A model generated the notes under the pieces. The model was given only the letters and a program-made list of their open reading frames with translations. It had not been told where the DNA came from and did not search any database. A DNA stretch of 64,000 nt, taken from an uncultured virus (IMG/VR IMGVR_UViG_3300021365_000007). Taxonomy: Duplodnaviria; Heunggongvirae; Uroviricota; Caudoviricetes. Numbering within the stretch: the first letter of the stretch is position 1; each line of letters starts with the position of its first letter. Of this stretch, positions 15,363 through 25,938 are shown one piece after another. The translations under genes were made by a program, and so were the position numbers. The stretch lies in IMG/VR virus record IMGVR_UViG_3300021365_000007. The stretch is one strand, 5' to 3'.

Positions 15363-17314
15363 TGTTTAAGAACAGTGATAAATACCTGCCGGCTGCTTTA
15401 CATTACTTGGAGAAAGGTTTCTACACTGACGCTATCCCAGGCACAAGAGAATTCTATGAGTATTGGGACACACAAAAAGACAGATGCTTAGAAGGATACT
15501 TAGATATAACAGGGTATCACTACTTCTATTTAAACTTCTGCCCAATAGATAGAGTAGTAGACGATATACTAAAAGACGGGACAAAGATTGCACGAAGAGA
15601 AAGAACATTCCCGGCATTTTACGACGGAGACCATGAATACTTTCACGCTATAGACAAAGCTCGTAGAGAAAATAAACATATGGTTGTGCTTAAAGCTAGA
15701 CGTAAAGGTTTCTCATATAAAGCAGGAGCTATGTTAGCCCGCAACTATTTTCACGTACGTAATAGTAAAAACTACGTTTTTGCATCTCAAAAAGAATATT
15801 TAATTGGGGACGGTTTGCTTTCTAAGGCTTGGGAGTTTTTAAGTTTTATTGATGACAACACTGCCTGGACTCAGCCTCGGCTGCGAGATAGAGAAATGTC
15901 TAAAATGGCCGGTTACAAAAAGAATGTAAACGGGGCAGACGTAGAACTTGGGATGAAGTCTCAAATAATGGGTGTTTCTCTTAAAGATAACCCTGATAAG
16001 GTCCGTGGTAAAGCTGGTGATCTAATATTCTTTGAGGAAGCGGGTTCTTTTGGGGGATTGCTTAAAGCATGGGAAGTTGCTATGCCTACAATGCGTCAAG
16101 GTTCAAAAACTCTAGGCACTATGGTAGCTTTTGGTACAGGTGGGGAAGAAGGTTCAGGATTCGAAGGAATGGATGAACTTTTTTATCATCCGGATTCCTA
16201 TGATTGCCTAGCTTTTGAAAATACTTGGGATCCAGGAGCAATGGGTACACAATGTGGGTACTTTGTCCCAATACAACAAAACTTAGATGGCTTTATAGAT
16301 GATAATGGTAATTCTTTAAAAGCAGAAGCACAAGCACATGAAGAAATACAGAGGGAAAAGAAAAAAGGGGCAAATGATCCAAAAGCATTGGACCAGTATA
16401 CAGCGGAGCACCCGTTTACTCCACAGGAGGCGACGTTACAAGTCACTGCAAATCTCTTCGATGTTACTTCTCTTAAAGAACAGTATAACAAGATTAAGGT
16501 TCATGGGCTTGACTCCGAAGGAACAGCCGGAATCATGTACTACGACAAAGATGGGAAGAGTTCTTTCCGACCTTCCGCAGATGTAACACCTATATACAAG
16601 TTTCCACATAGGAAAGGGGACAAAATAGAAGGTGCTATAGTTATATATGAATCACCTTATACAACACAAGAGGGAGAAGTGCCACATAATTTGTATATTG
16701 TATGCCATGATCCATACGCTCAATCCAAGTCCGTTTCAAACGAATCTCTTGGGTCTGCATATGTAATCAAACGACCTAATAACCTATCAAAACCTGATGA
16801 TATAATTGTAGCTAGCTATGTTGGAAGACCTAAGACACAAGATGAATACAACCGGAATCTATTTATGTTGGCTGAACACTACAACGCCAAAATTGGATTC
16901 GAGAACGACCGTGGAGAGCTTATTGCTTATGCGAAAAGATATCGCAAGCTACATAAGCTACAGGAAGAGTTTGAAATGTTGGATAAAAAAGAATTACGAT
17001 CCAGGAACGTGAAACGCCAGTATGGTATGCACATGACTGAGCAAAGAAAACGCCAAGGAGAACTTTATATAAGAGATTGGTTAATTACTCCTAGGCATAC
17101 AGATGAAGATGGGAATGTAACTTTAAACCTGCACAAAATCTATGATGCCGGGCTACTACAAGAGTTAATCAAGTTTAATCACAAAGGCAACTTTGATAGA
17201 GTTATGTCGTTTATGGTAGGGATGTACCATACGCGAGAGTTATATAATAGAGAGGTGGTAGAAATTTTAACAGATAGATCAGCAGACGATTGGTTTAATC
17301 AAATTTATAAGTAA
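15362..17314 (+). CDS. terL: Terminase large subunit
   Basis: GYHYFYLNF, Walker A KARRKGFS, Walker B IFFEEAG, FGTGG, nuclease HDPY and GNFDRV. Confidence 0.95.
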   Translation: MFKNSDKYLPAALHYLEKGFYTDAIPGTREFYEYWDTQKDRCLEGYLDITGYHYFYLNFCPIDRVVDDILKDGTKIARRERTFPAFYDGDHEYFHAIDKARRENKHMVVLKARRKGFSYKAGAMLARNYFHVRNSKNYVFASQKEYLIGDGLLSKAWEFLSFIDDNTAWTQPRLRDREMSKMAGYKKNVNGADVELGMKSQIMGVSLKDNPDKVRGKAGDLIFFEEAGSFGGLLKAWEVAMPTMRQGSKTLGTMVAFGTGGEEGSGFEGMDELFYHPDSYDCLAFENTWDPGAMGTQCGYFVPIQQNLDGFIDDNGNSLKAEAQAHEEIQREKKKGANDPKALDQYTAEHPFTPQEATLQVTANLFDVTSLKEQYNKIKVHGLDSEGTAGIMYYDKDGKSSFRPSADVTPIYKFPHRKGDKIEGAIVIYESPYTTQEGEVPHNLYIVCHDPYAQSKSVSNESLGSAYVIKRPNNLSKPDDIIVASYVGRPKTQDEYNRNLFMLAEHYNAKIGFENDRGELIAYAKRYRKLHKLQEEFEMLDKKELRSRNVKRQYGMHMTEQRKRQGELYIRDWLITPRHTDEDGNVTLNLHKIYDAGLLQELIKFNHKGNFDRVMSFMVGMYHTRELYNREVVEILTDRSADDWFNQIYK

Positions 17315-17325
17315 TTTGGTAGCAG

Positions 17326-19539
17326 ATGTATGGGACCCATCAAATACCTAAACAGCGTATACCACTAACGCAGAAAACAAAAAAGTGGAGAGAGGAATGC
17401 GTAGACGCATTTATCAATCTATCAAAGTTTGGGTTGTCAGAACGACGAAGCAGACTTAAATCGTTGTATGAATACTATAATGGTAACATACATGACGATG
17501 ATTATAAATATGTGCTAAAGCCCTATGGTAAAAGTAGATCTAACTTCCCTTCGAAGCTTAGAAACTACCCTATAATTAAACCTATTATTGATTTACTACT
17601 AGGTGAGAAGTCAAAACGTCCCCTGAACTATACAGTTACAGTAAGTAACGCAGACTCTGTATCCCAGAAAGAAGAAGCTAAGAAACAAGCTATCTTCCAA
17701 CAGGTAGAGAAAATGTATATGAATGAACTTGCTAAGCAGCCTGACTTTAATATGGAAGAGCAAGAAGTTATTCTCCCAAAGCAGGTTCAAGAAGAGTTTG
17801 ACCGAAGCTATGTAGACAACAGAGCTATTACAGGACAAAAAGCAATTAACTATATCATGCACCAAGAAGAGGTGTACGATAAATTTCAAAAAGGATTTTT
17901 TCATTTCCTTGTGACAGGGGAAGTATACTCTCATAAAGGAGTAAGACGTAACGAACCGTTTTACGAGATACTTAACCCATTAGATATAGACTATGATAAA
18001 GACCCAGACATAGAGTTTGTAGAGGATGGGGACTGGTCTATCGTTAGAAAGTTTGCACACGCATCTACCATTATAGATACCTTTGGGGACTTCTTAACAC
18101 CTGAACAAGTGCTTGAGTTAGAGAACCCAAAGCATGAGTCTACAGAATCATACCTGCTATATCGATCAGAAGCTACAGGCTCTGACGATAACATTGCACG
18201 TAACCGACTCATTGAGTGTATAACAGTGTACTGGAAAGGTAGGAAACGTATTGGATTTGTAGAATACATAGACGAGAATACCGGTACTATGGAGATGCTG
18301 CAAGTAGAGGAAGGGTATCGGATGTCTGCTGATATGAAAGAAAGAGGAGCAAAGATTAAGTATGAATGGGTAAATGAAGTATGGGAAGGAACAAAGATTG
18401 ATGGGAGATTTTATATTCGTATGTCTCCTGTAGCTAATCAACGTACATCATTAGACAATCCATCTACATGTAAACTCCCACTTAACGGAAGAAAGTACTC
18501 AGATGTAAATGCTGAAAACATATCACTTGTATCACTAGGTATCCCATTTCAACTTAATTACAATATATTTAAGTATAGAATGGAACTAGCGATTGCCAGG
18601 TCTAAGGATATTATCGCACAGTTTGACATTAATATGATACCCAAAAAATGGGACATGGATAAGTTCATGTACTTTGTAGAAGGTACCGGTATTGCATGGG
18701 TTGATTATAATAAAGAGGGTATACAACTATCCCCACAACATCAGTCTGTATTAGACATGTCAATCAAAACTATTGATCAGTACTTAGGACTTCTAGAGTC
18801 TATCATGCAAGAATGGGAGAAGATCTCAGGAGTAAATAGACAGCGTCAAGGAAGTATCGGAACTTATGAAGGAAAAGCAACGTCACAACAAGCGATTGTT
18901 CAATCATCGCACATTACTGAAGATATTTTCCGCAAATTCTCTAGATTTGAACAAAGAGACCTCCAAGGCCTTTTGGATTATTCTAAAGAAGCGTGGATTA
19001 CAGGCAAAAAAGCGATGTACGTAATGCCTGATTTAAATACACAGTTTTTAGAGCTAGATTCTTTTGAGCACATGGAGAGTGAGTATGGTGTATTTGTATC
19101 TGACTCTGGGAGAGATCAAGATAAACTTGAACAAGCTAAAGCTCTATCTCAGTCTATGATTCAAAATGGGGTACCGGCCTCTGCAGTACTTGACTTATTT
19201 GATACCGAAAACTATGCAGGTATTAAAGATAAGATTAAGAGAGCAGAAAAGGCACAGAAAGAACTAGATGAAGCTCAACAACAAGCTCAGCAAGAACAAG
19301 CTGCACAGCAGGCTCAGATACAGCAACAGCAGATACAGCAGAATGCTATTGATAAAGAAAAAGATAGACAACTTGAAATAGAAGTTGCTCTTATTAAAGC
19401 TGAGGCATCAGACAATGAAGACAGGCTTAATTTAGATATGGCTAAGATGCAGCAACAGTTTGAGTTAAAAGAAAGAGAACTTAATCTTAAGCAACAAGCT
19501 TTGGATAAAGAAGGAGATCTTACACCTGACGGAGAATGA
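17326..19539 (+). CDS. Portal protein
   Basis: Follows terL; NYPIIKPIIDLLLGE, WVNEVWEG, ISGVNRQRQG; Gln-rich coiled-coil C-terminus. Confidence 0.92.
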   Translation: MYGTHQIPKQRIPLTQKTKKWREECVDAFINLSKFGLSERRSRLKSLYEYYNGNIHDDDYKYVLKPYGKSRSNFPSKLRNYPIIKPIIDLLLGEKSKRPLNYTVTVSNADSVSQKEEAKKQAIFQQVEKMYMNELAKQPDFNMEEQEVILPKQVQEEFDRSYVDNRAITGQKAINYIMHQEEVYDKFQKGFFHFLVTGEVYSHKGVRRNEPFYEILNPLDIDYDKDPDIEFVEDGDWSIVRKFAHASTIIDTFGDFLTPEQVLELENPKHESTESYLLYRSEATGSDDNIARNRLIECITVYWKGRKRIGFVEYIDENTGTMEMLQVEEGYRMSADMKERGAKIKYEWVNEVWEGTKIDGRFYIRMSPVANQRTSLDNPSTCKLPLNGRKYSDVNAENISLVSLGIPFQLNYNIFKYRMELAIARSKDIIAQFDINMIPKKWDMDKFMYFVEGTGIAWVDYNKEGIQLSPQHQSVLDMSIKTIDQYLGLLESIMQEWEKISGVNRQRQGSIGTYEGKATSQQAIVQSSHITEDIFRKFSRFEQRDLQGLLDYSKEAWITGKKAMYVMPDLNTQFLELDSFEHMESEYGVFVSDSGRDQDKLEQAKALSQSMIQNGVPASAVLDLFDTENYAGIKDKIKRAEKAQKELDEAQQQAQQEQAAQQAQIQQQQIQQNAIDKEKDRQLEIEVALIKAEASDNEDRLNLDMAKMQQQFELKERELNLKQQALDKEGDLTPDGE

Positions 19540-21143
19540 CCAATCAAGAACGTAGACAGTTATTAGATAGATTTAGATCTTCAGGAATGGAGGGATCTAT
19601 ACTCGACGTGTTCCAAGCCTACAACCAAGGTGTGGATCTTATATCACAACATGAAGCGTCTCAAGCCAAAGACCAACCGGTCACTCTCACTGGCCCCCAA
19701 GAACAACGAGAGGGCTTGAGACCTTACCACGCAGCTGGGGATTTAAATAAAACTGCAGTTTTTAAAGACGTGCCTGCTAATACTCCATTTAACACAAATG
19801 GGATGAAGGTTCCTATAAATATTGATAAGTATAATGAGCAAGGACATCTTGTAGAATCGCATAAAAGCGTTCCTCCCGGAGTTCGTAATATACCTACAGG
19901 CCCATACAGAGGAGACGTAATAGAAACCCCAGCTAAAGGTTATCAAAAAGGAGGTTTTGTAAATAAGAAGCAAAAGGGAGGAACAGTAGATAAATATGGT
20001 TCCCCAATAGGTCAAAATTTAGTAACAGGTACTACTACTAAATCAGACAATACTAAAGTAAGTATCCCTAGTGTTTCTAGTGTACTAAAAACAGCAGACA
20101 AAAAAATAGACGTTATAAAATCTGAAGACCAAAAAAAAGAAGAATATTTTAATCCTGAGATAAAAGATATTTCAAGTGGAGATTGGAAATTAGATGCAGT
20201 TTATAAAAATCCGTGGTTAATGGATGTTCCTATTGTTGGGGATATGATTAAAGATAAGGCTAAAAATATAGCTGGTCAAAACAGTGGTGCTACGAGACTA
20301 CCAAGTCAATTAAAAAATATTAATTCTTCATCACAAAACTATACTGGTACGTTTAGGGAAGGGTATGAGGCAAATCATCAAACTCCTCATAAACTATTAG
20401 ACATCTATTTCCAAGACGAAGATAAAAGAACATTACCTAAATCTAGATATAAACCTACTTCTGATTATTTAGAATTTCTTCCGTCATATTCTTTAAAAGA
20501 TAACATTATTGAGGATCTTAACCCTACTGATAGGGACACTTCTTTAAAAGAAATGACTGATCTTATATTAGAAGAGAAAGGAATGGATTGGGAAAATTTT
20601 ATCAAAAATAAAAAAACATTACACACTGCTGCGGGATGGGATGATACTAGTTACTTGGCAGGAGCAGAATACGGTGACAACGAAAAAGAAGATGATTTAA
20701 ACTGGAAACGTGATACTAGAAAAAATTTAGCTGCGGATTTGTTAGGGGCTAATTTAGGGCATCACAAACAAGGTTTAGCATGGGATGACGAATTACAATT
20801 ACCTTATATGTCTATATCTGATGCTTGGGATTTTTCACCAAAACATTATGCTGATACGTGGGGCAAGAATAAAGATCGTAGGGGAGACGGAAGCGCAAGT
20901 CAAAATGAAATAGCATACATTCAGTCTTCTTTGATGCATAAAGCAGGAAACCCTTTTAAAGTATACGATCGTTTCTACTTTGATCCTGAAACAAGAGAAT
21001 ACATTTCAGATGAAGACATTGAAAGTCGTCAAAGCAAATCTACTTCTAAAAAAATGTATGGGGGAAGAAAGAATTCTAGTAAGTATAATTTACGGAGAGG
21101 AGGTGTTAGACATAAGGCTCAAAAAATAAGGAGTGTAATATAG
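19536..21143 (+). CDS. Putative head cargo protein with xxGG-delimited modules
   Basis: YQKGG and KQKGG precede, and MYGG and RRGG follow, a central domain. Confidence 0.65.
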   Translation: MTNQERRQLLDRFRSSGMEGSILDVFQAYNQGVDLISQHEASQAKDQPVTLTGPQEQREGLRPYHAAGDLNKTAVFKDVPANTPFNTNGMKVPINIDKYNEQGHLVESHKSVPPGVRNIPTGPYRGDVIETPAKGYQKGGFVNKKQKGGTVDKYGSPIGQNLVTGTTTKSDNTKVSIPSVSSVLKTADKKIDVIKSEDQKKEEYFNPEIKDISSGDWKLDAVYKNPWLMDVPIVGDMIKDKAKNIAGQNSGATRLPSQLKNINSSSQNYTGTFREGYEANHQTPHKLLDIYFQDEDKRTLPKSRYKPTSDYLEFLPSYSLKDNIIEDLNPTDRDTSLKEMTDLILEEKGMDWENFIKNKKTLHTAAGWDDTSYLAGAEYGDNEKEDDLNWKRDTRKNLAADLLGANLGHHKQGLAWDDELQLPYMSISDAWDFSPKHYADTWGKNKDRRGDGSASQNEIAYIQSSLMHKAGNPFKVYDRFYFDPETREYISDEDIESRQSKSTSKKMYGGRKNSSKYNLRRGGVRHKAQKIRSVI

Positions 21144-21195
21144 TAATAGAGAATATAAAAAATAATTTTATATATATATAAACCAAAACAATTAA

Positions 21196-21203
21196 TAAAT
21201 TTG
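21196..21203 (+). promoter_or_regulatory. -7 box TAAATTTG for the scaffold/capsid genes
   Basis: TAnnTTTG 4 nt before the ATG at 21208. Confidence 0.65.
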
Positions 21204-21207
21204 TACT

Positions 21208-22302
21208 ATGCAAGACCCAAATGACAAATTAGACATCAGTGCAATCTCCTTCGACGATATGTTAGGAGATGGACTGGAAACGGCTCCTCAAGACGTTGAG
21301 GAAACAACGCCGGATGACGTAAAAGAAGTTGAAACACTAGAAGAAGAGGCAACAGCCTCAGACCCTGGAGACGATCGCGGTGATGAAGATTACGAAGACA
21401 ATGTAGACGAAGACTACAATGATCAAGATAATGAATCTTTAACCGTTGAAGATGAATTACCAATAGCTGATCAAATTTCAGAAGTTTTAGGACTTGAATT
21501 AGAAACTGAATATGATGACACTGTAGAAGGACTTACAAACTTTGTACGAGACATGTCTCAAGAAGTAGCAGAAGACCAACTACAAAGTCTATTTGAAGAA
21601 TTCCCAGAAGTACAACGCCACCTTGACTATATAATGGCAGGTGGAGATCCTGAACAGTTTTATGCTACTAACAGTCCACAATCAGACTATGGTAACATAC
21701 AAATGTCTGAACAAGATATTACACTACAACGGGCTATGCTTGGGGAATACTTTAAAGCTAAAGGTCACCAAGAAGATTTTGTTCTAGACATGCTCAATGA
21801 TTATGAGGAGTCTGGAAAATTATATGGTAAAGCACTAGCTGCACAAGAACAATTATCTCTTGCTCAACAAGAGCAAAAAGAACAGTTGTACCAACAACAA
21901 ATGATGCAGCAACAAGAAACTCAAGCAGAACAAGAAGAATTTTGGGATGCAGTTGCAAACACCATTGAAGATGGAAATGAATTTGCAGGTATTCGTATAC
22001 CTGATAACGATAAACAAGAGTTCTTTGATTACATATCTGCATCGGTAGATGAACAAGGTAATACTCAAAGAGACTTAGACTACTCTGAAGCTAACATGGA
22101 TATCAAACTTGCTATTGATTATTTAATGTACAGTGGTTTTAATTTAGGAGACATTATTGATACGAAAGCTCGTACCAAAAGTGTAGAAAATCTTAGATCA
22201 CGTATACAAAATAATGAAGCCCAAGTAAAGAGTGCCCGTAAAGCTTCTCGTAGACAAAAAACATTTGATCCAGATACACTGGACATAAACGCGCTTTTTT
22301 AA
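21208..22302 (+). CDS. Acidic scaffold-like protein upstream of the capsid gene
   Basis: Very acidic N-terminus, coiled coils, conserved position in crAss-like head modules. Confidence 0.75.
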   Translation: MQDPNDKLDISAISFDDMLGDGLETAPQDVEETTPDDVKEVETLEEEATASDPGDDRGDEDYEDNVDEDYNDQDNESLTVEDELPIADQISEVLGLELETEYDDTVEGLTNFVRDMSQEVAEDQLQSLFEEFPEVQRHLDYIMAGGDPEQFYATNSPQSDYGNIQMSEQDITLQRAMLGEYFKAKGHQEDFVLDMLNDYEESGKLYGKALAAQEQLSLAQQEQKEQLYQQQMMQQQETQAEQEEFWDAVANTIEDGNEFAGIRIPDNDKQEFFDYISASVDEQGNTQRDLDYSEANMDIKLAIDYLMYSGFNLGDIIDTKARTKSVENLRSRIQNNEAQVKSARKASRRQKTFDPDTLDINALF

Positions 22303-22333
22303 ACAAGCAATTAATTTTTAAATATATACAATC

Positions 22334-23782
22334 ATGGCTTTGATGCAAGTACTTAAGTCGTACTATAACGACTCTCAGATGACCGACACTAACTCGTTGG
22401 TCAACGCATTGATGGAGAAGCCCGAAGAGCTCTCTCCTATCATTACGCACTTGGCCGGACGTGAAGAAAAGAAATTTCCTCTTTCCTTCTTAACGGAAGG
22501 GGTTGGAAACACGCGCTCGATCAATCGATTTGAGTATGAGTACCGTGTTAAGACTCATGAAGTAAACGTTCGACCAGTAATTTCTTCAGTAGGAACAGGC
22601 GCCGGAGGTGCTATGTTCAAAATTGTCTTCCCAGACAAATGGTTTGTTTTCCCATACACTCTAGTATCAGCAAGTGGTACTTTAGCTCGTATTATGGCAG
22701 ACCCTGTAGCTACGGGAGGAGGGTATGAATATACTCTTCAACTAGTATCTCCGGATAACAGTGCAGGGGCAGCTTCTGCTGATGTTGCTGCAGGTGCACT
22801 TTGGGGACAATTATACGCTAACGTTGGAGTAGATTTCTCTCGTGGAAATGCTTCTAACTGGAGTGCTCCAGGTTTAGTTCGTTCTAAGATTGGTACTGTA
22901 CGTAAGTCGTACCACTTCTCAGGAAACGCTAAAGATTACGTAGCTGAATTTACTCTCCCATTGAAGGAGGGATCTTCTACTAAACTTTGGATGGATTACG
23001 AGGAGTACCGTCACATGCTCAAGTTTAAAGAAGAGTGTGAAATGTACTACTGGTACGGACAAAAAACTCACGACGCTAACGGCAAGTCTACTATGCTAGA
23101 TGAGAACGGACAGCCAGTTGTTTCTGGACCTGGTCTTCTTGAGCAGATTATCAACAAAGATTCTTACTCTACTCTTACACAGAAGAAGATTGAGGATACC
23201 ATTGGTGATCTATTCTACGGTATGACAGATGCTACGGACAAGCAGGTAACACTATACACAGGTATTGGTGGAGCACGTGAGTTCGATAAAGCTCTTCGTA
23301 ACTACTACGCTACAGGTGCTAATTCAGCTAGTATGACTCAGACTACTTCTTACTTGAAGACATCTGAATCTAAGTTCATTACTGGTAGCGGTCGTAGCCT
23401 TGGTATCACTGGTTACTTCACTTCGTACGATCACATTGATGGTCACACAGTGAATGTAGTTAAGTCACCATTATTTGATCACGGTCCTGTTGCTCAGGCT
23501 TCTAATAAGCATCCTGAAACAGGTCTTCCACTAGAATCATACCGTATGGTATTTGTTGATCAGTCTACTTATGACGGTGAAAACAACCTTCAGATGATTA
23601 ATAAGAAGGGTCGTGAAATGCTTCGCTGGTGTGTTGCTGGTTCTGTTGTACCTAAAGGGTTCAGCGAGACAGACACTCGAGCTTCAGATATAGACGGTGC
23701 TTCTGTGCACATGTTGAAAACAGCTGGTATCCTGCTTCGCAGATTCGATACTTCGCTTGATTTAACTTGCACTGCATCGTAA
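22334..23782 (+). CDS. Major capsid protein
   Basis: 482 aa, strong codon bias, GPGLLEQI, YTGIGGAREF and PLFD motifs, position after the scaffold-like gene. Confidence 0.9.
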   Translation: MALMQVLKSYYNDSQMTDTNSLVNALMEKPEELSPIITHLAGREEKKFPLSFLTEGVGNTRSINRFEYEYRVKTHEVNVRPVISSVGTGAGGAMFKIVFPDKWFVFPYTLVSASGTLARIMADPVATGGGYEYTLQLVSPDNSAGAASADVAAGALWGQLYANVGVDFSRGNASNWSAPGLVRSKIGTVRKSYHFSGNAKDYVAEFTLPLKEGSSTKLWMDYEEYRHMLKFKEECEMYYWYGQKTHDANGKSTMLDENGQPVVSGPGLLEQIINKDSYSTLTQKKIEDTIGDLFYGMTDATDKQVTLYTGIGGAREFDKALRNYYATGANSASMTQTTSYLKTSESKFITGSGRSLGITGYFTSYDHIDGHTVNVVKSPLFDHGPVAQASNKHPETGLPLESYRMVFVDQSTYDGENNLQMINKKGREMLRWCVAGSVVPKGFSETDTRASDIDGASVHMLKTAGILLRRFDTSLDLTCTAS

Positions 23783-23788
23783 TTTGTG

Positions 23789-23837
23789 TTTGGTTTGCAT
23801 AGGGGGGATGGGTAACTGTCCCCCTGCTTGCAACCAA
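23789..23837 (+). terminator. Strong hairpin after the capsid gene (terminator or stabiliser)
   Basis: GGGGGATGG-GTAA-CTGTCCCCC, extended by TTGGT..TGCA/TGCA.ACCAA; no clear U tract. Confidence 0.65.
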
Positions 23838-23859
23838 CTATTGTAAAACCACACAATTG

Positions 23860-23916
23860 AGTTATTCTTTGACTAAAGAACAACTTAGTTATTCTTTCTA
23901 AACTTAAAAGAACATG
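23860..23916 (+). repeat. Tandem duplicated hairpin overlapping a start codon
   Basis: AGTTATTCTTT-N4-AAAGAACA, then AGTTATTCTTT-N9-AAAGAACATG. Confidence 0.7.
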
Positions 23917-24720
23917 AAAAAAGTTATTATTAGACGTAAAGAAGTCCTCGGTCATCTACCAAAAGAGATTAGAGCTGGGGCAAAGATTAAAATTGGTTCA
24001 GTCTACGTAGGTAGACAACCATTAAAAGGAGTTGAAGGTGAGGAAGCTCACAAATTGCTTGGAGGTATTTTAGATGTTCCTCCTGGACACGAATCTTGGC
24101 CACGATTGGAAAAAGATTTTTGGGCAAGTATGGCATTAAAAATACCGTTTGAGGGTAAAGAACTAGACATCACTACAGATGAAGATGGTACCCCTCACAA
24201 CGCCTTAGACTACGTTAGTTACAAGTGGTGCCAAAAGCATAGACAAGTAGCTATTTCAAAAGAGGAAATGGATAAAGATGGACAAAAAAAGTTTTATATC
24301 TATGATCCACAAAGAGACCTTTTGAAAAAGAATGCAAAAGTAAAGATTAGCAAAGAAGCTGATAAAGAATTCATCAAAGTGTCATCGGACGTCGCTAAGA
24401 TGAAAAGACTTCTTAGACTCCTTGTTAAAGGAACTAACCCTGATACTCTTGCAAACATCGAAATTGAGAATAAATTATACGAATTTAAAAGTGCGAATCC
24501 CGCTAAGTTTTTAAAGCGTGCACTAGATAAAGATTTAGATCTCAGAGCAGAAATAGAAGAAATGGTTGAGAAGTCAGTTCTTCGTAAAATTGGTAATCAG
24601 TATATTTCTGGCGATGAAACAATCGGAGAAAATATAACAGATACAATTGTTTACTTTAAAAATAAAAAGCACTCAGGAGCAGTGAATGCTATGAGAGCAC
24701 AACTTAAAGACGCACAGTGA
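23914..24720 (+). CDS. Conserved crAss-like protein downstream of the capsid gene
   Basis: 268 aa; KFYIYDP motif; synteny. Confidence 0.7.
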   Translation: MKKVIIRRKEVLGHLPKEIRAGAKIKIGSVYVGRQPLKGVEGEEAHKLLGGILDVPPGHESWPRLEKDFWASMALKIPFEGKELDITTDEDGTPHNALDYVSYKWCQKHRQVAISKEEMDKDGQKKFYIYDPQRDLLKKNAKVKISKEADKEFIKVSSDVAKMKRLLRLLVKGTNPDTLANIEIENKLYEFKSANPAKFLKRALDKDLDLRAEIEEMVEKSVLRKIGNQYISGDETIGENITDTIVYFKNKKHSGAVNAMRAQLKDAQ

Positions 24721-25907
24721 CAATAGAAGAGATGCATATAGCTGTCAACTTGGGAACCCAAAAAATTGGGTCTTTCCAGGTTGACAATCTCTTACCAGAA
24801 GAGATAGATCATGAATTAAACCTTGCACAAAGGAGATTCATTAAACAACGCTACTCTAATCTGAGTAATCAGAAAAGAAAAGGATTTGAACAGTCTCAAA
24901 AAAGGCTTGATGATCTACGTAACCTCGTTGAAGATTACTACCACAACCTGCCCAGTTTTATGGGATCAGTATATACATCTTCTAGCAAAGGAGATGTATT
25001 TGTATACAGGGTAAAGTTTCCTACAGACTACATGCATCTTGTAAATGTAAGAGCTAAGGTATTTGAGATATGTAATGTTAAAAAGCCTATTGTGCCTTTT
25101 CAAGAGATAAACAAAGATTACTATTATCTAAGACTTCCTATTAGTGCCCCAGTTAGAGGCTACATACTTGTAGACATTTTACTCCCAAATGACGAAGGTG
25201 CCTTAACTTCAGTTAAAGCTAACCCTGGAGGTTTAACTATAGACTCTTTGCGTAATGGTAATTACGGGGAAGAGGTAGTACCAACATTATCCCCTAATGA
25301 TGGATTTTCAGATTTAACTTCTGCTTCAATTACAGCAGATTCTCCAGTAGCAGATGCTAATGAGATTTTTCTAAAAAGAGAAAGAAAATTTGTACAATCA
25401 CTAGATCTAGGAGGAGATGGTGCAACTGAATCAGTAGGAGCTTATGCAGTACTCAATTGGAAGCACCCGGTTACAGAAGAAATAATTCAAGTAAACATTA
25501 ACCAAGGTCCTTCTATAATTGAAGAAGTACTAAGAGATGTAACTCCTGAGATTATAACAGAGACACCTAATCTTAAGCTTAAAAGGACACTTTGCAAGTA
25601 CTCTCAACATGACGACTTATATGCATTATTAGATGACCCATTTAATTCGACAAAAAGTTCGTCACCTTTGTATACAATACAAGAAAATTTTGTAGATTTG
25701 TATGCAACTAGTGAATTCCTACCACAGGACATTTATATAAAATATTTACGGAGACCAGCCCTGATGAGTTATAGCAGAGGTATTGGTTCCGAGCTGCCCG
25801 AACATGCTCACGACGAAGTCGTAGAGATGGCAGTTAAAAGCATCCTGGAGGCAATTGAGTCTCCAAGATATCAATCACAATCTGGGGAGGTCCTAGAAAG
25901 TGAATAA
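24717..25907 (+). CDS. Tail ring / head-tail connector protein
   Basis: EEIDHELNLAQRRFIKQRY..GFEQSQKRLDDLRNL, YLRRP and SELPEHAHDEVVEMAV motifs; GTG start. Confidence 0.75.
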   Translation: MTIEEMHIAVNLGTQKIGSFQVDNLLPEEIDHELNLAQRRFIKQRYSNLSNQKRKGFEQSQKRLDDLRNLVEDYYHNLPSFMGSVYTSSSKGDVFVYRVKFPTDYMHLVNVRAKVFEICNVKKPIVPFQEINKDYYYLRLPISAPVRGYILVDILLPNDEGALTSVKANPGGLTIDSLRNGNYGEEVVPTLSPNDGFSDLTSASITADSPVADANEIFLKRERKFVQSLDLGGDGATESVGAYAVLNWKHPVTEEIIQVNINQGPSIIEEVLRDVTPEIITETPNLKLKRTLCKYSQHDDLYALLDDPFNSTKSSSPLYTIQENFVDLYATSEFLPQDIYIKYLRRPALMSYSRGIGSELPEHAHDEVVEMAVKSILEAIESPRYQSQSGEVLESE

Positions 25908-25912
25908 ATTTG
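25905..25912 (+). promoter_or_regulatory. -7 box TAAATTTG
   Basis: TAnnTTTG upstream of 25939. Confidence 0.45.
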
Positions 25913-25938
25913 TTTAATCCCTTAAATTAAAAAAAATC

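Noticed and set aside
15362..19539. Introns, inteins or homing endonucleases in terL, portal, polA or helicases
   Set aside because: The ORFs are continuous and of ordinary length, with no splice motifs seen.
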